The notes beneath the pieces were generated by a model. The model saw only the letters and a program-made list of their open reading frames with translations, did not search any database and was not told where the DNA came from. A stretch of DNA of 64,000 nucleotides from Mytilus edulis (lineage: Eukaryota), in contig NC_092345.1 of the NCBI RefSeq assembly GCF_963676685.1, positions 75,950,001 through 76,014,000 of the forward strand. The letters are read 5' to 3'. The position numbers and the translations under genes were made by a program. Each line of letters begins with the position of its first letter. The first letter of the stretch is position 1. This document shows, one piece after another, positions 25,090 to 36,657 of the stretch.

Positions 25090-27727
25090 TTTCCTTTCAT
25101 TAATATACCTGTGATAGAATTAATAAATGTATTAATAAAGATATACAGTGTCTGAGGTTTATTAATTGTTTTCCAAATGTTGTTGGAAAATAGGTGTGCT
25201 TCAAAGTTAGGGATTGTTTATTTGAATTTTTAATATTAAATCTGACATAAGACATAATCAGACATATCATCATGATCATGATGGCAAAACTCCAAGGAAC
25301 GTAATGCCTAAATGGCAAAGACTAAATTACTTTGATTTCTTCCTAATTCATAACCTTAAATTAAGCAGTCAATCAGTAAACATAAAATATGTAAAATACA
25401 TGGATGATCCAGGATCTATGAATTTAATGTTTTGATACTTCACCAGGATGTAAAGGTATGTATAAGTATTCTTCCACTTACAGTCTGTGTTTTTGTACAT
25501 GTAAGATGTATTTATACTTCATATTGATATGATGACTGTTGAGCTCTTTATCTGATTTTTATAGTTTCAATGAACTTATGTTAATTGTTGTACTGTTCAT
25601 GCTAATACACCACTGTCTCATGTTACAGGAGGGTTGTCATCTTCAATTTACATGTACAAATGTAGTTCAACCCTGCCCCATTCTGTATGTTCCTGTCTTA
25701 AGTCAGGAGCCTATAATTAAGTGATTGTTGTTTGTTGTAGCAGATTTACCTGACGATATCAGGATATTGGTATTTAGTCAAATCTTAACCGGAATTTGTG
25801 ACACAATTAGAATTCTAAAATTTATAAAACGTAAACAACATGTCGAAATATTTAGGCTTGAAAGCCTTGAAATAAATATATTTTTGGATAAGATAATGCA
25901 AGCACACGAGGTGTATAGTGTCTTATGCGATTACAGGTTTGTAATGTTTAACAGCCATATTATATCAGTGTGTAAACACGTTAATTATGAGCTTTGAAAG
26001 TCAAGTAGTTCGAGCATTTTTCTGAGTAAGTGTTAAAAATTTCAAACAAATATTCTTTACTGTGGTTAGCATTCATTAGTCGTCAGTATCTATAGATTAA
26101 CAACTTGTGGTTATATTGATATATTGATAATTTAGAATCTTCCTTGAAGGTGGCAGACAAATTCGCAGCTAAATAATTCGATTGATGTGTCATTTGTATA
26201 CAAGAGTTATATTCCCTTGGACTATAAGTCTATGTTTAATTTAATGAAGTCAATATGTTGATTGTCTACCTTGAACAGGGTTATAATTTTATCTTATACA
26301 TGTAGTTTTTTTTTATTGAATTTAAAATCGTTACAAAATCTGTAATGTACTAGATACTCGCATTTTTCATTAGTTTATCAAAGACATTTATTCATATCTA
26401 GAATTTCTTTTATTTGTTTTGAAATGTTTAAAATTAATATATACCAATATAAAGAATTATTTTGTTATCTTATTAATATGTTTTTTTGTTATCTGAAAGC
26501 ATTCTTACTGTGTTTATATGTCAAAAATAAGCAAGGTCAAATCTACCTTCATCACAACTAACTTTCTTAGAGCGAAGAGACAAACTGCTCTAAATCACAG
26601 ATCACATGCACTCGTTTCACAATAAAAAATTTCCTTTATTATACCTTAATACATGTATACCATTAAGGTAAACAGGGGGAAATATTTTGAAACAAGTGAC
26701 TATGTCACAGAAAAAGCAACTTCCAAGTATTGTATTCATGAAATTGCTCTCTGTTAAAGCCATATCCTGGAAATTATTAAAAAAAAACATTTTTCCTACT
26801 TTTAATTTGAGGTACAATATGCTGGTGAAAAACATTTATTGTGCTGTCAAGAATACACTGTTTCAAGTTGGGGTATGCATAAAAAAAATGCCCAACAGCA
26901 TTCGTCCTACTCTTAAAGGCATTTGTTTCTAAGATCGATATGGTGTATACCATTATGTCTGAACTCAAATGAAACAGAAAGCTGATGTAACTTATCTGCT
27001 TTACTCGACCCCTTAAGACAAATACATGTAAGAAGTGTAATAACGCCTAACACAAACACACATACGCACAAACATAAAACAGTACACCATAGCCACCACT
27101 TTATTCCAGAAGCTTCTAACTGATGCCGAATGCAAGAGTGTAAAATTTTAATTGAGACCTCCATAAAACAATTAGAATTTTTCTGAAAAAGACTATAAAT
27201 GAAAACAGAACTATATCATCTTTCCATAATGATTGAATGTTAGGAAAATTGACCAGAGTTAGCTTACTTTAATCACAGACAGGGGAAAGCAAACAATTTT
27301 TAATTTAAGCCTAATTAACATTAAAACAATTTTCCACTAACAAATAAAGTTACCTTATTGAAATATAAGGACTTTGTTAGCTAAATCTTTTGTGTTTTTC
27401 ATTTAAATTGTTTTTCATATGTCATTTCAGGGCCTTTTATAGCTGACTGTGAGGTATGGTTTTTGCTCATTGCCGAAGGCTGTAAGGTGACCTATAATTG
27501 TTAATATCTAAATCATTTGGTCTCTTTTGGAGAGTTGTCTCATTGGCAATCATACATTACCACATACTTTTATCTTTATTGTTATGATGGTGGAAATTTA
27601 TTATATAACACAAAATAAAGTTGGCATAGTATAAAAACAAGGGTATAACATAAGCTCTAATGAGCTTTTAACTGACAGTACTTGTACATGTATACCTGCC
27701 AAATATTTATGGAGAGAGGTACATTTT

Positions 27728-29993
27728 CAGACCTGCCAACTTTTGAAAATCTCCATAGGGGATTTAGCGCGCGACCAGATTTTTAAGGGTTACAATTTTA
27801 GCGACTTTTCTGTGTGCATTATTTTTTACTCCTAAAATAGTATAAGTTCTCTTCTTTTTTCTTTTGGTATATTAATGATAAGCTTGTAGGCCTTGATTTC
27901 TTTTATTTGCATGATTCTTGTACTATTTAATTATAAAATTGACAAAATAACTGAAGAATAGAGAAAAATGGCATTAAAATAAAGGATTCAAAGCCTTTTC
28001 CCCCCTCCAAAGACCTTCTTATCTATGAACCTTGACTCAAAACTCAAAAAACCTAAAACTACATGTCCTAAAGTTAGAAGGATGAAGAGAGATCAGGGAT
28101 CTCCATGGCCTGTTTAACGATGGAGCCCCGCCATCGTTCAAATGTCTTGCGCCATCGTCAAATGACTCGCGCCATCGTTAAATTGTTTTGCGCCATCGTT
28201 AAATTGTCTTCCGCCATCGTTCAAAACTTCATCGTTTTTTGTAGCCCGACGCCATTTTTTTATCAATTATAATCAAATGCATGTAATTGCATAACCCTTA
28301 GGCTTTTTATGTTATAATCCAATACAGTTCTAACGCCTGCGGGATATCCGGATTAAGATCGCTAATCACTTGTACCTGAGCTTGTACAGGTAGATCAACA
28401 AACCAGACAGGAGAATACTATATGAGGATAGACGATCCATTTGTCGAATTAATTAATTAAGTTTCAGCAAATGATTATGATAATTTAGATTAAATAAATA
28501 AATCAATTATCCAGTTACAAAGAAAACAGTTTAACAAGTCGAACACGTGCTTTATTTTGACTTACGCAATCAGCATCCCCCTTTTTTAAGCAGTACAAAA
28601 TAAGACGCAAAACAGTAAATATCATTCATCGTAAATAACTCGAGTACTGCTGTAACGATAATTTAGAATTACTTTGAAAGTTTAAAAGTAAAAACTTAAA
28701 TATTTCCAGTCAAGAAATATCGTATCGTAATTCCGAATTCATTTCGTATATTACAATCAAATTGATACATCCGCGTTTCCGGTTTCTATTCAGACTCGAA
28801 AGATGCATGTTGCACAGCATCAATTTGCCAGATAAAGTAATTAAAAACCTTTTCATTTGTCAACGTTTGCTTTACAAATCTCTTTAACCTTTTACATAAC
28901 CCGTACGAATCGTTTTTTTGTTGCTGCAAATCAGCCATACCGGTAATGGGTTCTGAATTTGACAGTGTCCATGAAAAATAAGCTCCACATCATATGATTT
29001 TTAACCCCCATAACAATTACCAAAAATACAAGAAATCTACATGGGGACCTTCATGACAGCTTTTGGTCATTCTCGACTAAGTGGGGATCATGAAGACTTG
29101 GCATTTGAATGGTTAAAAACGGCAATAAATGAAAATATTGATACTTCTAATTCTATAATGAAAATTCAAATAAATATAATTTAAATAAGCAATGAATTAG
29201 CATGTTCACCATTCCTTGTATGGAGGGATAAAACACTTCCGATCGCGCTACATTGTACAGCGTAGACACGGTTTGTAATGGTGAAAGTTCCTCCATGGTT
29301 CAATTTTCATCCATGGAGATCCCTGGAGATTTTGATTTAGTCTTACTTATGGTCTTATCAGTATCAATGAGAAAATGGATAAAATTTGAGTTATCTTTCT
29401 TTGTATTCAGAGGTGCTCTTACCGGGGGAGGCTTATACAGTAACACAGTATGAGTAAATACAAAATGGCGTCGATTTTAAATCAACAGACACACGACGTC
29501 TGGTTTCAAAAATTAAACGGATTTCAAGATAAACGATGTTTTCTTGAGAGTTCATTACAGTTCTCATCTTTTATTAATTATGATTTTGTTGTGGAACTAC
29601 AGGAAATGTTGCAAATTATGCTTGCATGATAAATTGATTAAAATTGAAAAGCTGTTTGACCAAACTTGTGTATACAAATTAATTTTGATGACTGTATACG
29701 ACCTATTAGGTAATCTGATTACATACAACCACTAATTATGACACCTGTTGTGACTGTTGATTAGGGTAGGGTCGTTAACTTGTCATACATGTACATTGTA
29801 TGTCCCCGGGTAAAATTATAGATTTTTTAAAATTGACCAGAAAAACTTCAAAATCGGTAAACAATAATTTTTTCGGGTATATTTGGTGAAATCAGGATTT
29901 TGACTAGTTTTACGATCCCGATATCGGGATTCGGGTTGAGGGATAAAAAAATCGGGATGATATCGCGAAAAATCGGGATAGTTGGCAGGTCTG
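27728..29993. mobile_element. Non-autonomous DNA transposon, 14-bp TIR, 6-bp TSD (hAT-like termini)
   Basis: CAGACCTGCCAACT (27728-27741) and AGTTGGCAGGTCTG (29980-29993), flanked by the direct repeat CATTTT at 27722-27727 and 29994-29999. Subterminal ATCGGGAT repeats. Confidence 0.85.
28094..29325. mobile_element. Nested non-autonomous DNA transposon, 15-bp TIR, 5-bp TSD
   Basis: CAGGGATCTCCATGG (28094-28108) and CCATGGAGATCCCTG (29311-29325), flanked by GAGAT at 28089-28093 and 29326-29330. Five ~20-21-bp CGCCATCGT subterminal repeats at 28128-28222. Confidence 0.85.
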
Positions 29994-30376
29994 CATTTTG
30001 TAATTATTACATTATACATATATCATATGTAAAATGAGGGTCATAATGGGGGTACCTTCATCATGTTCATGATGAAATACAGTGAAAATTCTAGCTAAAT
30101 GACATTAAAAGTAATTTTTGGTGCATGACGATAAAATGTACACTTTCTTTTAGACGATAAAAAAGTCAACTGGGTTTGACAAATCATGTTTTTCAATTTT
30201 TTTCCAAAAATAAAGGCAATGATAATTATTTGAGAAATCTGTCCAATCACGATAAGGATACTTTAGCAAATCACAGTAATATTTTAACCAATTTTATGCT
30301 GAAAGTAGCCGTAATTACTGTTTGACGCCTGACAGTTAATGGCAATACTATCATCATACATCTATATTATTCCTAA

Positions 30377-32929
30377 ATTATATACAGGAGCTATAAAAAT
30401 TTCGATATTGATAACTTTAAAAATGATATTGCTAAAATTAAAATTGAAATTGTAGATGGAGTAACAACTGCAGAACAGGTAAATGAGATCTACCAAACAT
30501 ATGAAAATAACTTTATTAAAACACTAGACAAACATGCACCTTTGAAGTCAAGGTATCCCAGAAAAAGTCCTCTTCCATGTATGAATGGAGAATTAAGAAA
30601 AGCCATATACAGAAAACACATGCTATTTTCTCAGTACACCAAAAAAAGAAATAATCATACTTGGGAAAAATTCAGACAGCAAAGAAATTTGGTAAATAAG
30701 TTAAAAAAGAAATCTATGAAAATATATTTTTTAGAACGCTGTTCTGGAGGATCAAAAAGTGCTGATTTTTGGAATACTGTCAAACCTTTCTTTTCAAAAA
30801 AATGCAAATCCCAAGGGCAAAAGACTATTTTATTTGAAGAAAACAAAATTATAAATAATTCAAAAGATGTATCAGATATTTTTAAAAATTTTTTTGCTAC
30901 TGTTGCTGAGAAGATAGGAAATGATGTTATATATGATCCATTAAACAATCATAGCTTAAATGCCATACATGAGCAAAATCACTTGAAAACAGATGCAAAT
31001 TTTAAATTTCAAAAGGTGACATCAGAAAAAGTGGAAAAAATCATAAATAAAGTTAATGTCAAAAAAGCAACTGGAGCAGATGGGATACCAGCAAAAATAG
31101 TAAAAGCTAGTAAATCTGTCGTTGCACCTCAGCTAACCAGTCTTATAAATTTGACTCTGGACACGGGCATATTTCCAGACAAACTTAAAGAAGCCCAAGT
31201 TACACCCTTACATAAAAAGAGTGACCCACTACTTAAATCAAATTACAGACCAGTCAGTGTGTTACCTATTTTTTCAAAATTTTACGAAAAAATATTTGAA
31301 ATACAGTTATACGATTTCTTTGATTCCATTTTTAACCCTTATTTATGTGCTTTCCGTAGGGGACATGGATGTCAGACTACGTTGCTCAGATTACTGGAAG
31401 ACTGGCGTAAAGCTTTAGACAAAAACTTATATATAGCTGCAGTTCTTATGGATTTATCAAAAGCTTTTGACTGCTTACCTCATGAAATTTTACTAGATAA
31501 ATTACTAGCATATGGTGTTTCTCCACATTCAGTATCTTTATTAAAATCATATCTTTCTGATAGAAAACAGCAAATTAAAGTAAACGGTGTTCTGAGTAGC
31601 TGGGCTGACATCCAAAAAGGGACACCCCAAGGTTCTATATTGGGGCCCCTTTTATTTAATATCTTCATAAATGATATTTTTTATTTTGTTAAACATGGTA
31701 CATTATATAATTATGCGGACGACAATACTCTGTCTTTTAGTAGTCCGGATTATGACCATCTCATATCAACATTAGAATCTGAGTCTCAAGTGCTTATTGA
31801 TTGGTTTAAAGAAAATAAGATGCAGGCAAATCCTGATAAATTCCAAGTTATTGCTGTAGGGAAAAGAACCTTTGCCAAAAATCCATCTATACAAATTCAG
31901 CAAAATATTTTATCATGTGAAGAAACAGTAAAGTTACTTGGAATTGATATTGATTACCAACTAAAATTTGATGCACATATAAGTAACTTGTGTAGAAAGG
32001 CATCACAACAGCTGAATGTTCTCAAGAGAATTGGATCATTTTTAAACAGATTAAATAAACTTACAATTTTTCATACTTTTATTTTGAGTAATTTTAATTT
32101 TTGCCCTTTGGCTTGGCATTTTTGTACTGAGAAAAATTCTAAAAAACTTGAAAAAATACAAGAGAGAGCATTACGATTTGTATACGACGACTATTTATCA
32201 TCCTCTGAAACTCTTCTTGAGAACGCAAAGGTTCCAACCCTACAAGTAAGACGCATCAGGACAATGGCACTTGAGACTTATAAAATTTTAAATAATTTGG
32301 CTCCTGTATGTTTACAAAATTTAATAAAAATTAAACACACTAAATATTCTTTTAGATACAGCAATATTTTGGATGTACCACAGGTAAGAACTACCTCATA
32401 TGGAAAAAAATCTTTTAGTTTTGCTGCTGCTACTTTATGGAATAGCTTACCTGACCACTTCAGGACTGTTAACAGCTTCTCACATTTTAAGAGTCTTGTA
32501 CAGTCCTGGAGTGGAACAGAATGTTTTTGCTCTGCCTGTAGATAACTTTGTGTTACAATATTTATGCTTTTTATGTTGCATTAACAGCCTGCGTTGCAAC
32601 TGAAATTTTGTTTTTTACCTTTTAAAATTTGAAAGATTTGAAATTTTTTACTTTATAATTCATAAATTATTTTAAAAAAAAATTTTTAAACAGAAATTTT
32701 TTAGTGCTTCATATATATGTTTTGGTATTTTGCAAGATACATGTATTATCTATTTGCTTAGAGTTAATTTTTGGTGCTGCTTCTTATTATTTATTGCATG
32801 CTGCATGCCTTGTTTTATTTGTTATTGCATATGTTTTTATATTCGGTGAAAAGCTCATTAGAGCTTATGTTTGTACTGTTTGTCAATATGCCGAATCCAA
32901 ATAAAGTTTTACTTACTTACTTACTTACT
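30377..32929 (+). mobile_element. 5'-truncated CR1-type non-LTR retrotransposon
   Basis: The frame is open from 30377 (IIYRSYKNFDIDNFKNDI...LDKHAPLK) to 32545. The endonuclease domain is absent. The 3' UTR ends in AATAAA followed by an (ACTT)n microsatellite tail at ~32908-32929. Confidence 0.9.
30542..32545 (+). CDS. LINE ORF2 reverse transcriptase (N-terminally truncated, no internal stops)
   Basis: Motifs KATGADGIP, NYRPVSVLP, AVLMDLSKAFD, GTPQGSILGPLLFNIFIND, NYADD, KLLGIDID, and a C-terminal WSGTECFCSACR. Confidence 0.9.
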   Translation: MKSRYPRKSPLPCMNGELRKAIYRKHMLFSQYTKKRNNHTWEKFRQQRNLVNKLKKKSMKIYFLERCSGGSKSADFWNTVKPFFSKKCKSQGQKTILFEENKIINNSKDVSDIFKNFFATVAEKIGNDVIYDPLNNHSLNAIHEQNHLKTDANFKFQKVTSEKVEKIINKVNVKKATGADGIPAKIVKASKSVVAPQLTSLINLTLDTGIFPDKLKEAQVTPLHKKSDPLLKSNYRPVSVLPIFSKFYEKIFEIQLYDFFDSIFNPYLCAFRRGHGCQTTLLRLLEDWRKALDKNLYIAAVLMDLSKAFDCLPHEILLDKLLAYGVSPHSVSLLKSYLSDRKQQIKVNGVLSSWADIQKGTPQGSILGPLLFNIFINDIFYFVKHGTLYNYADDNTLSFSSPDYDHLISTLESESQVLIDWFKENKMQANPDKFQVIAVGKRTFAKNPSIQIQQNILSCEETVKLLGIDIDYQLKFDAHISNLCRKASQQLNVLKRIGSFLNRLNKLTIFHTFILSNFNFCPLAWHFCTEKNSKKLEKIQERALRFVYDDYLSSSETLLENAKVPTLQVRRIRTMALETYKILNNLAPVCLQNLIKIKHTKYSFRYSNILDVPQVRTTSYGKKSFSFAAATLWNSLPDHFRTVNSFSHFKSLVQSWSGTECFCSACR

Positions 32930-34559
32930 GAATAGGACTGATATAGTCATGATAGAAGGGCACATTGACCCTCCTGTTTACTAATTTAACTGTCACTTCA
33001 GTGTCACCCTAACACAGATTTGACAATACATGTTTCTTCAGTGATGCACTGATACTACTATTGCTGTAACTATAACATACATCATGTACATGACATATGT
33101 TATCATTGTCTAGATAACACATGTAGTAGTCGAAGACGGGGCCAACTATTTGAAAATACAAAACCTACAAACAGTGTGCCTCAGCTGGAAGTTATTACTT
33201 TTGTATGAATTCATTTATAAGTATAAAATTAAACTAAGATTTTCCAAGGACTTATAATATCAGATAATACAAATTACTCTTTTTTTCTCTGACGTTTCAA
33301 TCGGGGATGAAATAATGTGGGGAAAGAAATGAAGTCAAATATAGTGTTTTCTGTTCTGTTGCATTATTCCTCCGCTATCTTGGAGAACCTTCTTCTTTTC
33401 TGGATCTTTACACCCTTTATAGGGTAACCATACTTTGTATGTCGAACAGTTCCACCACCAAAATAATAATTGAAAAATAAATTAACAATCGTAACACAAC
33501 AACATTATATACACTATATTCATTTTTAAGTCTTTATGTGTTTTTATAAAGGAGGTTTACAGGTTTTATTTTGACTATTACATGGGAAGTTTACAGTTTA
33601 AGACTTTTAACATACAATTAAAGGAAAAATTAGGATTTTCAATTTACTTTTAGCAGTTATTTTTCATATATTTTTTTTATTTTTGGTTTACTGATCAATA
33701 TTTAATATAATATTTACAGATAAGGTCACATATTCACTTCTTAGATAATTCACTTTTTAGATAATTTACAAAATGAAAAAAGACAAGATTTTGGTCTTTA
33801 ATCTTTAGGAATTCGCCTTTATATCTTTAAAGATAATTTGACATTAATTCATTCACTGTGTATTATGAGAACAATTAGAAAGATGATGTTTTTACAACTA
33901 TTTACAGTTAATTCACAGTTCACTACTTTGATAGAGCTGATAGGTAATAATTACATTTCATGTATGTTTCATTATATTAGGTTATTTTGATTGGCTAACA
34001 GCAATCTTGCGTCCTTCTAAAATATAGACATTATCATTCACGAAGACACGAGATCCTACAATAAAGTGCACTGGTAAATTAGATAAAAACCTGATGGAAA
34101 TCGTGTTTTCATGATTTAAAATCTAAAATGAGCCTCAATGTTATAAGTGTAACAAAATTATAATACATGTTAAAATAAATTTACAACATGAATTAATAGT
34201 TTGTTGGTTTTTTTTTTAGATCTAATGAGGAACCTCGATTGATCTTAACTCTTTATCATCACTGCCATAGATGAACCTTAAACATATTTTTATCTTTTAA
34301 CAAGTGGACTCTATAAACTTATTAACATTAGGTTTTATCCATTTTTAAATTTTAAATCTAAACAGTGTTTTAATCTTGTGACAGTATGCTCTGTACAGTG
34401 TAAATACAAGTTTTTACCTTTTATCCTTTTTATTTTGTTTTACTAAAACTTGACTAAGTTACATATTTAAACCTAACAATTTTTATATTTTATAAATAAC
34501 TACGCATTTTAATTTTTTTTACCTAAAACTAGGATATTTTTAATGCGTTGACCCTGCAA

Positions 34560-34992
34560 NNNNNNNNNNNNNNNNNNNNNNNNNNNNNNNNNNNNNNNNN
34601 NNNNNNNNNNNNNNNNNNNNNNNNNNNNNNNNNNNNNNNNNNNNNNNNNNNNNNNNNNNNNNNNNNNNNNNNNNNNNNNNNNNNNNNNNNNNNNNNNNNN
34701 NNNNNNNNNNNNNNNNNNNNNNNNNNNNNNNNNNNNNNNNNNNNNNNNNNNNNNNNNNNNNNNNNNNNNNNNNNNNNNNNNNNNNNNNNNNNNNNNNNNN
34801 NNNNNNNNNNNNNNNNNNNNNNNNNNNNNNNNNNNNNNNNNNNNNNNNNNNNNNNNNNNNNNNNNNNNNNNNNNNNNNNNNNNNNNNNNNNNNNNNNNNN
34901 NNNNNNNNNNNNNNNNNNNNNNNNNNNNNNNNNNNNNNNNNNNNNNNNNNNNNNNNNNNNNNNNNNNNNNNNNNNNNNNNNNNNNNNNNNNN
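34560..34992. other. Assembly gap (N run)
   Basis: Run of N characters. Confidence 0.99.
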
Positions 34993-35358
34993 CTTTTAAA
35001 GTACATACAATCTAACTCTCTTTCATCTTGCAATAGTATTAAAACATTGGACTTTTCTACACTTTACACAAGTATTCCACATTCCAAACTAAACTAAGAG
35101 ACAAATTGAAAGAGTTTGTATTGCTTTGTTTCATCAAAAAGAATGGCCAACGTAGATACAAGTATCTTGTCTTAGGGAGGAACAAATCATCCTTTGTAAA
35201 GGATCACTCTGATTCAAACAAAAAATTCCGAGTCTGAAACTGATACAAAAAATTCCGAGTCTGAAACTGATATTATCAAGATGCTTGATTTCTTTGATTG
35301 ACAACATATTTGTTACGTTCGGAGGACGTGTTTTTCAACAGATTGTCGGCATTCCAAT
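34993..35358 (+). mobile_element. Penelope-like (Naiad) RT fragment, inverted relative to the 36658-39560 copy
   Basis: Encodes a degenerate KT.DFSTLYTSIPHSKL...MLDFLIDNIFVTFGGRVFQQIVGIPM and is the reverse complement of ~37740-38000. Confidence 0.8.
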
Positions 35359-35459
35359 GATAAGTATTGAATGCTTCTGTTTGTTACTTCATAGAGTTGT
35401 AAAAGCGTAGACCGTGCGCACATTTTTAGGACGAAGCGCTTCTGCGATCATGCGAAACA

Positions 35460-36577
35460 TATGGCAAGCCGTTCTCGTCAAAACTATGTTTAAACCCTTT
35501 TTTCGAAAAAAATACACACAGAGAATTAAAAACCTAAAATAACACACTGAGAAATCGAAATTACACACTGAGATTTAAAAAAATAAAAAAACACACACTG
35601 AGAATTCAAAATTACACACTGAGATTTTAAAAAGACACACTGAGATGAAATAAATTGAAAAACACACACTGAGAATTGTTAATTACACACTGAGATTTCA
35701 AAATTACGCACTGAGATTAATATGCAAATTACTAATGAATATTCATGAGATGAATAATTCAACAGATTTATATCTTGATCTCAAGAACTCTTATCATTAT
35801 AATGAAACGCGATTCCTTCAACCAACATTCGTAGTAAATTTCAAGACTTAACATCGCTCATATTCATAAGTTTGTTGCCTATAATTCAGATCATTACTAC
35901 CAGTAATTAAACATGTGTCCCTTTTCAAAGTCTTCCAACTGTTTCCCTGATTTCGCTAGTTAATCTTTTATATTTTTGTTACGTTTATATGCTATAATAG
36001 ACACTTGAGTAAAAATTTCACTGCATTCTTTTGCAGATTGTTCCAATGTTTTCTTATAATTTTAAGTTTTTCACCATTTGGTTATATTTTGTAATAAGAG
36101 TAAGTGGGTATTTTTCTTGTTCTTGTATTTCTAAAGTTTTTTTTATTGATTATTTGGAACCAAATCGAAGGACTAACGAGTTTTGTCCCCTTGTTGTTTT
36201 AAGCTTGTAATAGATTCAGATTAAGTATGCTAATTAGATATGTGCGCATAAAAAGTGCGCACAAATCTCAGTGTGCAATTTTAAATTCTCAGTGTGTAAT
36301 TTTAAATTCTCAGTGTGTAATTTCAAATTCTCAGTGTGTGTTTTCAGTTTATTTATTCTCAGTGTGTCTTTTTGAAATCTCAGTGTGTAATTTTCAATTC
36401 TCAGTGTGCGTTTTTCATTTTTGTAAACTCAGTGCGTCTTTATGAAATCTCAGTGTGTAATTTTTAATTCTCAGTGTGTAATTTTCAATTCTCAGTGTGT
36501 GCTTTGTTGTAAATCTCAGTGTGTAAATTTTTCGAAAAATGGTTTAAACATAGTTTTGACGAGAACGGCTTGCCATA
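35460..36577. mobile_element. Foldback-like non-autonomous DNA transposon, 37-bp TIR, 6-bp TSD
   Basis: TATGGCAAGCCGTTCTCGTCAAAACTATGTTTAAACC at 35460 has its exact reverse complement ending at 36577. TSD GAAACA at 35454-35459 and 36578-36583. Mirrored arrays of ~21-bp ACACACTGAG/CTCAGTGTGT units. Confidence 0.88.
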
Positions 36578-36657
36578 GAAACACATCACAACTGAAAGAC
36601 CTGGAAACCGGAAAGCAATCAGATCTGCTTATACTTGACTTTTCAAAAGCTTTTGAT

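Noticed and set aside
28128-28222. CGCCATCGT repeats with variable linkers (CRISPR-like look)
   Set aside because: The period is only ~20-21 bp, the linkers are related to each other, and they are subterminal repeats of a TIR element.
33278-33410. Candidate non-coding first exon or promoter of SCFD2
   Set aside because: Only a weak YY1-like motif and a possible donor. It cannot be supported without transcript data.
34509-35033. ORFs spanning N runs (also 40083-40345)
   Set aside because: Artefacts of assembly gaps.
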